From: Octopus sinensis
Lineage: Eukaryota
Direction: 5' to 3'
NCBI RefSeq assembly: GCF_006345805.1
Contig: NC_042997.1
Location: 190,092,001 to 190,156,000 of the forward strand
Length of the DNA: 64,000 nucleotides
Of this stretch, positions 27,765 to 39,240 are shown piece by piece (positions within the stretch are counted from its first letter, which is position 1; each line of letters starts with the position of its first letter). Made by a program: the position numbers and the translations under genes. The notes beneath the pieces are model-generated. The model was not told the origin of the DNA and searched no databases. It was given only the letters and a program-made list of their open reading frames with translations.

Positions 27765-28520
27765 ATTAATTGAGGGAATATTATTCTTAACTTACAGGGG
27801 AAAATTCAATTTAAAAATACTAAATCAAATTTCACAAAATATAATATATATATATATAAAAATTAGGAAAAAAACACCTTTTATCAATTCAAAATGAACA
27901 ATAAAATTACACCATCTAGAAAATTACACATAATAAAATATTAAAATTAAAATAACTATAATATACCGATGATTAAATAAATTGCAAAAGAATAATAAAA
28001 AACGTATATATTTGGTAGAACGACACGTGTTTCGTGGCTATATTTAAGAAATGATTATAGTAAATAAATGAATAGTAGTAGTAAAATCACTTCGATATAA
28101 ATATAGCCACTCATCAGGTTAAAAATAAACTAGAATAATAAAATAATTGAATTAATAAAAATACTTTAGAATATATATATATATGTATATATATTTGAGA
28201 TACTAAATATACATTAAATGTAAACTAAAAACAATACTTGAATTATTCAATACTTTAAAATTAATTAATATACACAATGCCATGAATATTGTAATCAAAC
28301 TCATTAAAATGATTTTACTATAATCATTTCTTAAATATAGCCACGAAACACGTCGTTATTCTACCGAATATATAAGTTTTTGTTATTATTTTGCAATTTA
28401 TTTAATCATCGGTATATTATTGTTATTTTAATTTTAATATATTATTATATGTAATTTTCTAGATGGTTTAATTTAGTGGTTCAATTTGAATTGATAAAAG
28501 GCGAATTTTTCTTATTTATA
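27763..28520 (-). mobile_element. Penelope-like pLTR fragment with inverted duplication
   Basis: ~27860-28064 is an imperfect inverted repeat of ~28314-28520 and the unit contains the 28019-28120 hammerhead. Its end (gggaat..aacttacaggg) recurs at ~56925-57165, where the copy stops at minus-strand GAAACGATCG. Confidence 0.6.
28019..28120 (-). ncRNA. Type I hammerhead ribozyme motif with long stem II
   Basis: Minus strand reads AAC-CTGATGA-GTGGCTATATTTA...TAAATATAGCCAC-GAAA-CACGTG-TC-GTT: canonical core, 13-bp stem II, palindromic stem III, GUC triplet. Stem I is only 3 bp. Confidence 0.8.
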
Positions 28521-28530
28521 TATATATATA

Positions 28531-29878
28531 TGGTTTCCGACCAGGGAGAAGCTGTTTAACTCAGCTCCTACAACACTATGACTGGGTGCTGAAACGGCTG
28601 CTCAACCACTAAGTGGAAGTGATATATCTCGACTTTGCAAAGGCCTTTGATAAAGTCGATCATGGAATGATATGTCACAAACTGCGTGATCTCAACATAG
28701 TTGGAAAACTGGGAGAATGGCTTCATGACTTTCTGAAGGATAGAAGTCAGGTGGTAGTAGCCAATGGGGCCACCTCCATTAACACACAAATAGTGAGCGG
28801 TGTCCGCAGGGCACTGTTCTGGGACCACTACTGTTCATAATGGCCCTCTCAGACATGCCCTCAGTCACGCAGAGAGCCACGATCACAAGTTATGCAGATG
28901 ATACAAAAGTTTCACAGGCAATACAGAACCCTGAGGACCTAAACACCTGCAATGTGAGCTGGACGAAATATACAGTGGGCTGAAAAGAATAGCATGCAGT
29001 TCAATGCTGGAAAGTTTCAAGCTTTATACTATGAGCATGCAAAACTGAATGCAATACCCAATGAATACACTGGACCCGGAGGGATTGCAATCCCAGAGGC
29101 ACAATCAGTGCGTGACCTGGGTATTCACATGAGTGATGACGCGACCTTTCATGTACATGTTGCTAAACTGACACTGAAATGTAGACGGCTGGCTGGATGG
29201 ATTCTTAGAACCTTTAGAACAAGAGAACAAGAAACCATGATGGTCCTCTGGAAGACACTTGTCCTAAGCCACTTGACTATTGCTCTAAGCTATGGTCACC
29301 ATCCAGTGTCAGTTGATCACAGAACTTGAGGCGACCCAACGAAGCTACACAAAGAAGATAGCCTATAGCAGAATGTAAGCTACTGGGAAAGACTCAAGAG
29401 ATTAAAATTATATTCCCTGGAGCGTAGGCGGGAAAGATATGCCATAATATACATCTGGAAGATCCTGGAGGGAAGTGTCCTGAACTTTGGCATCGAGAGT
29501 TACGCAAATGCCAGAACTGGGCGCCACTGCGTGGTGCCTAGGACTCCAAAACTGCCATCAAGATGTAGGACAAGATTTGTGATAGCCTGGGCTTCCGAGG
29601 CCCACAGCTCTTCAATATCCTCCCGAAAAACTGAGAGACCTGCATGGGTGGTACAGATGTCTTTAAAATGAGCTGGATCTCTTCCTGTCAGGTGTCCCAG
29701 ATGAACCAACTTCACGGCAGGAGGGGCAGATGAGCGGCAGCTGCCATCGAACTCTCTCATGCACCAAATAGCAGTTGCTAGAAGCCTCCATGAAGTGAAA
29801 CCAAGTAGGCAACACCAAATGGCGGTGCCCAGCATGGCCACAGCTCATAAGCTGAAACTAGAATCAATCAATCAATCA
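28531..29878 (+). mobile_element. 5'-truncated CR1-type LINE (RT and 3' end, frameshifted)
   Basis: GFRPGRSCLTQLL, YLDFAKAFDKVDH, YADDTK, MQFNAGKF, VRDLGI, YSLERRR motifs. 3' end GGCGGTGCCCAGCATGGCCACAG...CTGAAAC then (AATC)n. Confidence 0.9.
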
Positions 29879-29879
29879 T

Positions 29880-30297
29880 ATACTCTCCTACTCTTTTATT
29901 TGTTTCAGTCAGTTGACTGCGGCCATGCTGGAGCACCGCCTTTAGTCGAGCGATTCGACCCCGGGACTTATTCTTTGTAAGCCCAGTACTTATTCTATCG
30001 GTCTCTTTTGCCGAACCGCTAAGTAACGGGGACATAAACACACCAGCATCGGTTGTCAAACAATGTTGGGGGGACAAACACAGACACACAAACACACACA
30101 CACACATACATATATATATATACATACATATATACGACGGGCTTCTTTCAGTTTCCGTCTACCAAATCCACACACAAGGCTTTGGTCGGCCCGAGGCTAA
30201 AGTAGAAGACACTTGCCCAAGGGGCCACGCAGTGGGACTGAACCCGGAACCATGTGGTTGGTAAGCAAGCTACTTACCACACAGCCACTCCTGCGCC
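29880..30297 (-). mobile_element. SINE family A
   Basis: Reverse-complement full copy, tail-to-tail with the CR1 3' end. Confidence 0.9.
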
Positions 30298-30358
30298 TTA
30301 TATATATACATACATACATACATACATATATTTCTTAATATGTATGTATATGTATATA

Positions 30359-30512
30359 TCCGCCCAAACAGTTCACCGAAGTTTGAACCAGTGTGGTCTT
30401 CATGGACTTATTCCTTGTAGGAAGCCTCTCCTCACTACCAGGCATAAATCAAGTCGTTTTTCTTTTGCCGAAACCTATGTAAGTAAGGGGAAGGAGCTTT
30501 GGAATGAAATAC
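30359..30512 (+). mobile_element. Tc1 transposase fragment
   Basis: SAQTVHRSLNQCGLHGLIPCRKPLLTTRHKSSRFSFAETYVSKGKELWNEI matches the Tc1 second HTH/linker pattern TVRRRL...GL....KKPLL...H...RL.FA. Confidence 0.75.
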
Positions 30513-30591
30513 CAATAAGCGCATAAACAAAGCTCATATATTAAGTCTAAGTAATACAGGTAATGTTTATATTGTTAGAGTTGCTTATAAC

Positions 30592-30629
<38 letters not shown>

Positions 30630-30647
30630 TACATGTACATTCCATTA

Positions 30648-31357
30648 TACTCTTACTCGTTTCAGTCATTTGACTGCTGCCATGCTGTAGCACCGTCTTG
30701 AAGGATTTTAGTCGAACAAATGGATTCCATCAGGGTCTTTCGCTGAACGGCTGGGTTACGGGGACATAAACACACCAACACCAGTTGTCAAGCGGCGGTG
30801 GGGGGACGAACACAGACGCAAAGACATCCTCGCTCCGACACACACACACATGTATATGACAGGCTTCTCTCGGTTGCGAACCCGGAACCATGTATTTGGG
30901 AGGCAAGCTTCTTAAACCTGTGCTTAAATAAATGAACATAAACTCTTTTACTCTTTTACTTGTTTCAGTCATTTGACTGCGGCCATGCTGGAGCACCGCC
31001 TTTAGTCGAGCAACTCGACCCCGGGACTTATTCTTTTTGTAAGCCCAGTACTTATTCTATCAGTCTCTTTTTGCCGAACCGCTAGGTGACGGGGACGTAA
31101 ACACACCAGCATCGGTTGTCAAGCAATGCTAGGGGAACAAACACAGACACGCAAACACACACACATACATATATATATATATACACATATATACGACAGG
31201 CTTCTTTCAGTTTCCGTCTACCAAATCCACTCACAAGGCATTGGTCAGCCCGGGGCTATAGCAGAAGACACTTGCCCAAGATGCCACGCAGTGGGACTGA
31301 ACCCGGAACCATGTGGTTGGTTAGCAAGCTACTTACCACACAGCCACTCCTGCGCCT
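30648..31357 (-). mobile_element. Two tandem SINE family A copies (decayed 30648-30920, full 30941-31357)
   Basis: Reverse-complement matches to family A. Confidence 0.85.
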
Positions 31358-31808
31358 ATATATATTTGTATTCTATACAATCTGCTATAGTTTGAAAAAT
31401 GTGCGTACTTCATTTAGCAACCATAAAATCACAGAAGAACTGGAAAGGCAGAGTCGATTAATTGAACATTGATCTTTTGACTGGTAAATCTTTTCTTTCA
31501 ACTTGTGAAATGAAATAAGAACATCGAAATGGCATAACAAAAAATATCGCACAGCATTTTTTCCCACGTTACTGTACAATTCATATCATAATGCTTTGTG
31601 ACATAGGCAGAGGCCTCATATTTGGAGAACAGTTATAGACTCTGTCATCGAAATCAGTACAGTTCTGGTACATAATTTATGAACCATGGTTGAGTTTAAA
31701 GGGTAAAACCCAAACTTATTTCATTACGGTAAAATGTATTATTGTGTTTTCGAATCTTTTCCATTGCTAAATTTGCTTGTCGAACATCACTATAACGTAC
31801 TTCTTTAT

Positions 31809-32207
31809 TGTTGTGAAGTAGGCTAGTCCAATACGTAGATATAGAGGGAGAAGCCTAGACGTCAGCAGATGGGTAGCAGTCGGAGAAGTAGCAGAGTTGA
31901 GTAGTAGAGTCGAGTTGAGTAGTGGAGTCGAGTTGAGTTGAAGGCATCCGAACATGCGACATAACAGTGGCGACGAGGATTTCGTAGAACACACCGCCAC
32001 TGTGTAGTACTGAGATAATATAACAGTGGCGACGAGGTTTCGAATAGTACCGAAATGGAAGAGTTATTGAAAGTAGTTGCAAAACAACAAGAGCAGCAGC
32101 AGCAGCAACTACAGAAGTTAACAGAATGGTAATGAATACCCTTGTTCGTCTGTGTGTACGGGTGAGAGAAGAGTTGAGTAGAGCTCATACGAACGTGCGA
32201 CATAACA
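31809..32207 (+). mobile_element. Internally deleted Gypsy-type LTR retrotransposon (399 bp)
   Basis: TGTTGTG...CATAACA termini, perfect 5-bp TSD TTTAT, 5' LTR 31809-31966, PBS TGGCGACGAGGAT at 31968-31980, gag-like start MEELLKVVAKQQEQQQQQLQKLTEW* at 32055-32132, partial 3' LTR. Confidence 0.8.
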
Positions 32208-34089
32208 TTTATGTTGAAGAAGACTTCACTTATGCGTTCCATCTTATGAGATAGTTGAAGGTAACGATCTGGCAGAAACATTAGCATGCCGGGCAGAATA
32301 ATTCACTTCATTTCTTCTGATTTATTATATTCTGAAGTAAAATTCTACCATGGGTCACGTTACCTTTCATCATTTTTGTGGTTAATAAAGTAAGTACCAG
32401 TTGAGCAGTGGGTTGGATATAAGTGATTACACCCACTCACAAAATTGAAAGCATTTTGCTCACATTAAAATGGTGTTTTATAACATACAAACAGTTTAAA
32501 ATCCAAACAGTTAAACACATACGAAAGAACACCAAACGAACGACGAAGATATTTACAAAAAATCACTTCAAATAATACCATTATAAACATTTTTTTTCGG
32601 TTTCATTAATATATTTTTATTGTTTTCAATAATTTCATCAAATAAATCTGTTATATTTGTTTTTTCTGTTTTATTTTTTTTTTCCGTTTACAATTTCATG
32701 ACGTATATCACTCTGTCACAGACATGCGTAAAACCACATATATACAGCAAACTCTCGGAACGCCCACCCACCATTTACAAGATCACCCAAACAAGCCCAC
32801 ACTCACACACATACAGCCACTCACCCACTCTTTCTCACACACACACCACACATATAAACGCTCGTACATTTTTACGCACGTGCAAACATATTTACATTTT
32901 ACCTTTGAGATTATAACTAACACTGTTATATATATATATATACACACAAATATATGTATATATATATATATATACATCATATAATATAGTATAAATATGT
33001 ATGTATATCTATACATACATAATATATATATACACATAATATAATATAGTATTGTATATATATATATGATATAATGCATATATATATGATAGTAATATAT
33101 AATACATATATGCATATTATATATAATTGTATGTATATATGCCTATATATATATATATATAATATATATATATATATATAATATATATATATGTATATAC
33201 ATTATATATATACATATATATATTTATATATACATATATATATATTTATATATACATATATATATATATATATATACATATATATATTTATATATACATA
33301 TATATATATACATATATATATGTATATATACACATACACACACGCATATATATATACATATGTTTTATGGTTCTTTTATTCTTTGTCTTCTTTTTCTGTT
33401 TATGGTTGTTCTTTCTTCAGGGTTAAACGTTCGTATCACATGTGAGACTCATCAGTCGTTTGATAAAAAGTTACACTGATGACATCCTCACTGTTTCAGA
33501 CATTCTATGTATGCATCAGGAGAAGGGGGAGAGGGTAAGCGGATTTACTTGCGTGCATTGATAGAAGGAAGGGTGGTGGTAGGTTTTGTATGTATGTGTG
33601 CCAACAGAAGACGTCACCTCATGTATATGTGCCCATTTACAAATGCAATACAACGTATTGTTTGTCCATAAAAAAATCTTAAAGTTATTTTTTTTTCGTC
33701 TTTTCGTTATATTTCATAAATGGCAAGAATTTGCTTTAAAAAGAATTTATTTTTGTGTATCGATATATGTTGACTTTTTTCATTTTCTGTAGTTGTCTCT
33801 TCGTACGTTAATGACTTAATAATTGTTAACAAATGCCGTTCGTTATTAGATTTTTGTTCTGGCTGTCTGTGAGGTACTATATGTTATATAATATACATGC
33901 AGCAGTAGATGGCAGTGCATTTGCACTTTATTTCACTTTGAAACTGTTTATTAATATTATTATTATTAATTGGTTTTTTTTTACAAGATAAAGTGTCAGT
34001 GTAATAAATTATATCGATAAATGTTTTATTGTTGTCGGTAGAAAATTTACGATAAATGAATTTTGAATTTGTGAAGAAGTTCATTCATT

Positions 34090-34183
<94 letters not shown>

Positions 34184-34271
34184 TATATTATATGTATATA
34201 TTATATGTTATAAATATATATATATATATAATATATATATATAACATATATATATATATATATAATGTATA

Positions 34272-34306
<35 letters not shown>

Positions 34307-34601
34307 GCTTGTATGTATACAAATGTATGCACATTATATACATTCATATACATATGCACATGTATATGTAAACATATATGTGTATATATATGTATGTGTA
34401 TGTGTATGTGTATATATTATATATATCTAGATATATATATACACATACTACACACACATATATATATATATATGAATATACATTATGAACACATACATAT
34501 ATTTCGTGTAGTTTTAATATCTCAGCTTTCAGAATTGCGTATGTCTTTGTATATATTTATGAATGTATATGATAATGTCAGTTATGCAATGCGTATAAGT
34601 G

Positions 34602-34855
34602 CTAGTGTCCTACATCAAATATTTCCCGCAGTAGTGGCGTTACATCTGAGTCTTTTGAGGCGCTGAGAAAACTACCTTTTTGCAGATGGCGGCCGAAATT
34701 CTCGGTAATTTGACGAAGGTCTGGTATAAGTAGAAGCAGCTTTGGAAAGAGGAGGCGCTGGCGTGGATGATTATGCTTCAATTCAAGTCGAAGGGCATCC
34801 AAAAGATCCAACTGAATTTGTTCGATTTTGTGAGATTCGTGCAGCCCAGGGACAT
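34602..34855 (-). CDS. PPAR: PPAR-like receptor terminal exon (helices 9-12, AF-2), stop TAG at 34604-34602
   Basis: Acceptor ttttctctag|AT (phase 1, G|AT = Asp). DVPGLHESHKIEQIQLDLLDALRLELKHNHPRQRLLFPKLLLLIPDLRQ...PLLREIF aligns to PPAR DRPGL...NHP...LFPKLLQKMADLRQ...HPLLQEIY. Confidence 0.93.
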
Positions 34856-34953
34856 CTAGAGAAAAGTGGCAAAAAAAAGTAACGATGTAATTTATATACA
34901 ATATTTTGTGTACTACATATACACACACACACATACACACACACACACCACAC

Positions 34954-34995
<42 letters not shown>

Positions 34996-36276
34996 TATAT
35001 ACATACATACACACACACAGACACACACACACATATATATATATATATTTATGTATACAGAATATATGGGAGAGATGAATTCTGAGAGATAGATCGATAT
35101 ATATATATATATTTAAGGTAATGATTTTCAAGCAATTTGACAATTTAGTAGTTAAGAACTCAGCATTTAGTAATATTATACTCACATCTTGGAGAAGATC
35201 CATTTTATTATAATATTACTTTTGAGTGGGACACCAGACAACTTAATTAACCAAAGCTAAACGTGAATTTTCAAAGTATATATATATATATATATAGTAA
35301 TTATTATCATAAGTGTATCTATTTGGGTATTCTAAGTATGTAGATGCAATAAACATAAAGAAAAACAGAGAAACAACTAAGAGAAAATTGCCCTGAATAA
35401 ATGTGTTCTACTGTTTAACTCTAGAAGGTTCAGTTCAAGATCGTTTGAGAAGTACGACTCTCATATTCAGGATAATGCCACGTAAACGTAAAGTTTCGTA
35501 CTTAATCACACGGTATAAACGAAAGCAAAAAATGTGACCAATTATCATACTACCAGCCCATAATATATTCCAACCTCTAATTAGCATAAACACAATCTCT
35601 GTACCCTTCCTTTCCTCCCACTATTATAATGGTCTCAGCTCTTTATAGTTATGACCTTCCACCACTTGTACCGGGCGTACTTATTCTTCTTGGTACTCGT
35701 ATCACTTTCTGTTCACAACCTACTCGTGTTTCCCTTTTCTTAATCTTTCTGTCGCAATGTCTAGGGATTCCACCATTACATCTGTGTATGTGTGTGTTCG
35801 TATGTGTATGTATAAACACATAACTGCATTTTAAATTTATGTAATGATTGCATTGTTTAATTAAATGGAGTTGCATGAAACGATCGTACTGCATTACCTC
35901 CGGATATTCTGTTGGTTATTTTCATTATAATCACCTTATTTTCAAATTGTATGGATAATACTGTACTAAATTCTGGTGCCTCAACTTAAGTACGATATTC
36001 ATCTGAATCTAAATTTTTGCTAAACTCTCTCTCTATATATATATATATAATATATTATTAATATTATTACTATTAGTAGTATTAGTATTATTCCAGCCAG
36101 ATATGGCGTTTCCCAGTCGTAGAAACACAAATTCATTTGTCGTATATCCCATTTTTTTTTGTTACAAAAGTACGACGCTGTAGCATAAGTGAGGTTTCTT
36201 CACAGCTTCTCCTTCACAATGGCTTTATTGCGGTACATATATCTATGTATATGAACAACTACACACACACGTATAC

Positions 36277-36313
<37 letters not shown>

Positions 36314-37044
36314 GTGTGTGTGTGTGTGTATACATATACTTCAGCACACACATATATACTGTATTGTTTATATACAAGCTGTAGCGTTGTAGATAACGTA
36401 TTTCAGAAATGGGAAAGAGAGCTTCCTCCCACCCCTTAGCTCTTTAACAGCTTTATAACATTTTAGCCTTTATTTAATTGTATTATACGCTTTTTATTAT
36501 CAAACTATCCTCAATTTTTACTGGAAGCGATGATCGGAATCTGGGTTTAAGAGGATCTCATTTATACTGTTTTTAGGTTTCACTTATTCTGACGAAATGA
36601 TAAAAGTTTCTGCATGATACAAATACAAGCAGCAGAGAAATTCGTATTATGAATTCAAAGCGAATCTACTGTAACAGAGAATACAAATTCAACAAGCAGA
36701 CAGATTTCCACTACGCAAGCATCAAATTCGTCTTCCTTTTAAGAAAACTTGCATTTTCATCTACCAGCTCTGTTCACCGAAAATACTGGCGAGCCGGATG
36801 TCGCATTCTTTGTGATGTTAAGATTTTGTTTCTGTCATATTAATGCAGCTGCCTATTATTACGGTATATAGCTTTGCTCTATATATCATATTAAATGCTT
36901 TTATATTATTCTGTTCACAAATGTACATATTTTTATATAGAGACTAGTGCAGATATATTCTGCTTTTTGTAAATCTTTTTATTCCAGTTGGCAAATTCCT
37001 GCAGATAACATTCAGAATTGTATCTTTTTTCCTATATAAAACAC

Positions 37045-37245
37045 CTCTTTACTCTTTTACTTGTTTTAGTCATTTGACTGTGGCCATGCTGGGGCACCGC
37101 CTTTAGTCGAGGACATCAACCCCAGGACTTATTCTTTGTAAGCCTAGTACTTATTTCATCGGTCTCTTTTGCCGAACCGCTAAGTTACGGGGGCGTAAAC
37201 ACACCAGCATTGGTTATCAAGCGAAGTTGGTGGGGGGGGGGACAA

Positions 37246-37312
<67 letters not shown>

Positions 37313-37815
37313 TACGACGGACTTCTTTCAGTTTCAGTTTCGGTCTACCAAATCCACTCACAAGGCTTTGGTCGGCCCGAGTCTATAGTAGAAGACACTT
37401 GTCCAAGTTGCCACGCAGTGGGACTGAACCCGGAACCATGTGGTTGGTAAGAAAGCAACTTACCACACAGTCACATGGTTCCGGATTTAGTCCCACTGCA
37501 TAGCATCTTGGGCAAGTGCCTTCTACTATAGCCTCGGACCGACCAAAGCCTTGTGAGTGGATTTGGTAGACGGAAACTGAAAGAAGCCTGTCGTATATAT
37601 GTATATGTGTGTGTTTGTTTGTCCCCCCAACATCGCTTGACAACCGATATTGGTGTGTTTATGTCCCCGTAACTTAACGGTTCGGCAAAAAGAGACCGAT
37701 AGAATAAGTACTAGGCTTCCAAAGAATAAGTCCTGGGGTCGATTTGCTTGACTAAAGGCGGTGCTCCAGCATGGCCACAGTCAAATGACTGAAACAAGTA
37801 AAAGTGTAAAGAGTA
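37045..37815. mobile_element. Head-to-head inverted pair of SINE family A
   Basis: Minus copy 37045-37472 abuts plus copy 37473-37815. Confidence 0.9.
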
Positions 37816-37862
37816 GGGTATGTATTGGTTTGATGCTCGTTAAAGGTGGTAAAAAGGGAGGG

Positions 37863-37898
37863 TTTCTGACGATTCGAACATAGCTCTTCGTCAGGAAA
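37863..37898 (-). ncRNA. Degenerate minimal hammerhead motif
   Basis: Minus strand reads CTGACGA-A-GAGC(TAT)GTTC-GAAT-CG-TC. GAAA is mutated to GAAT and stem I is imperfect. Context resembles the 56.0 kb Penelope-like fragment. Confidence 0.45.
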
Positions 37899-38332
37899 GA
37901 AAGCGGAAAAGTTTAGGGAAGAAAACATTTCACCAACAGAGTGTGTGTTGTTATATGAAATGTATCAATCTATAAAAACAGTATTCTTCTCGCCCTTTTC
38001 AAACCTAACCAGGCTCATGGGCCCGGTTTCCCGGTTTCTATGGCGTATGTGTTACCCCCAGCTTGACGGAACGCCAGTCCATCGCAGCGATACTCAAGAA
38101 ACAGGAGGAAAGAGTGAGAGAAAGTTGGGGCGAAAGAGAACAACAGGGGTCGCCACCACGCCCTGCCGGACCCTCGTGAAGTTTTAGGCGTTTTCGCTCA
38201 ATTATCACACGCAACGCCCGGTCTAGGAATCGAAACCGCGATCCTCCGACCGCGAGTTCACTGCCCTAACCACTGGGTTGCGCCTCGTTAAAAACAGTAT
38301 ATAATAGAAAAATGGAAAGAAAAATTAATTAC

Positions 38333-38531
38333 CTTGAAGCAAAATGCTGGCACAGAAAAGGGCCTTCTCACCTAGCTGCAGTTGAAAGGAATTTACTTTA
38401 TCGGCCAATGCTACGTGTTCTGTAAGAAGAAGCTGAGCTTCCTCGCATAAATTCGTTAATTTTCTGCTCACTAAAAATTGTCGCATGCGGCCAAATAATT
38501 GGATACCATGCTGGTCAACAGCAGTGTGCAT
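38333..38531 (-). CDS. PPAR: PPAR-like receptor LBD exon (beta sheet, helices 6-8)
   Basis: Acceptor ctcttctttcag|ATG (phase 0), donor CAAG|GTAATT (phase 1), 199 nt. MHTAVDQHG...LADKVNSFQLQLGEKALFCASILLQ resembles PPAR [25 protein letters not shown]. Confidence 0.88.
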
Positions 38532-38669
38532 CTGAAAGAAGAGAACGTATATAAAATACCAGTGAAAATGTAGCAAAATTCTTTAATCGGTATAAAATAA
38601 TTTAGAATGCATCGTATCAATTTGTGATTCAGAAACTCAGCATTATTGTATGCACCCAGCATAAAACAT

Positions 38670-38785
38670 TTTCTATATTCTTGACTGTATGCGAGCGGTC
38701 CCAAGCAGTGCTGTTTTTTGCAAGTGCTCCACCCTTTTTTGCAGCCCCTATTTATTCCATGTACTCCTCAAGATTTCTAGTCGCT
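38670..38785 (-). mobile_element. Second R4/Dong-like 3' fragment
   Basis: Minus strand reads RNLEEYME*IG..VEHLQKTALLGTARI. Confidence 0.65.
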
Positions 38786-38809
38786 GGTTATTATTAATTA
38801 TTATTATTA

Positions 38810-38841
<32 letters not shown>

Positions 38842-38934
38842 CATCATTATCATCATCATCATCATCATCGTCATCGTCATCGTCATCGTCATCATCATCA
38901 TCATCATCATCATCTATGGTCTTTTTTATTATGA

Positions 38935-39240
38935 CATTATTTTAGCTCCGTTAGTACCGAGCATCCTCCGGAGACCAAAGTCAGCAAGGACCATTTGTTT
39001 TGTTATATATGCTAAAATTATCACCACCTTTATTCCATTTTAGATGGTGAGTGCTTTCCGTAGTACATGGGTTGTACCCATCAAGATAATCTTTTGTAGT
39101 TCACGGAGATTGGAGTTACCAGGGAGTTGCTTAATATACTTCTCAGCTCCCTTCTTTATCGTTCCCAACGCATCAATCACTACTGATATTATCGTAGTAC
39201 TAAGCTTCTACATTATAGTGATTTCAATGTTATCTGCAGG
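38935..39240 (-). mobile_element. R4/Dong-clade (RLE) non-LTR retrotransposon 3' fragment
   Basis: Minus strand reads IISVVIDALGTIKKGAEKYIKQLPGNSNLRELQKIILMGTTHVLRKALTI*, next to (TGA)n/(TAA)n. Confidence 0.75.

Noticed and set aside
35838-35895. Hammerhead-like GAAACGATCGTA (similar half-motifs at ~6515-6550, ~6795, ~35440 and ~57155)
   Set aside because: The CUGANGA or GAAA box is disrupted or missing; at best these are dead Penelope remnants.
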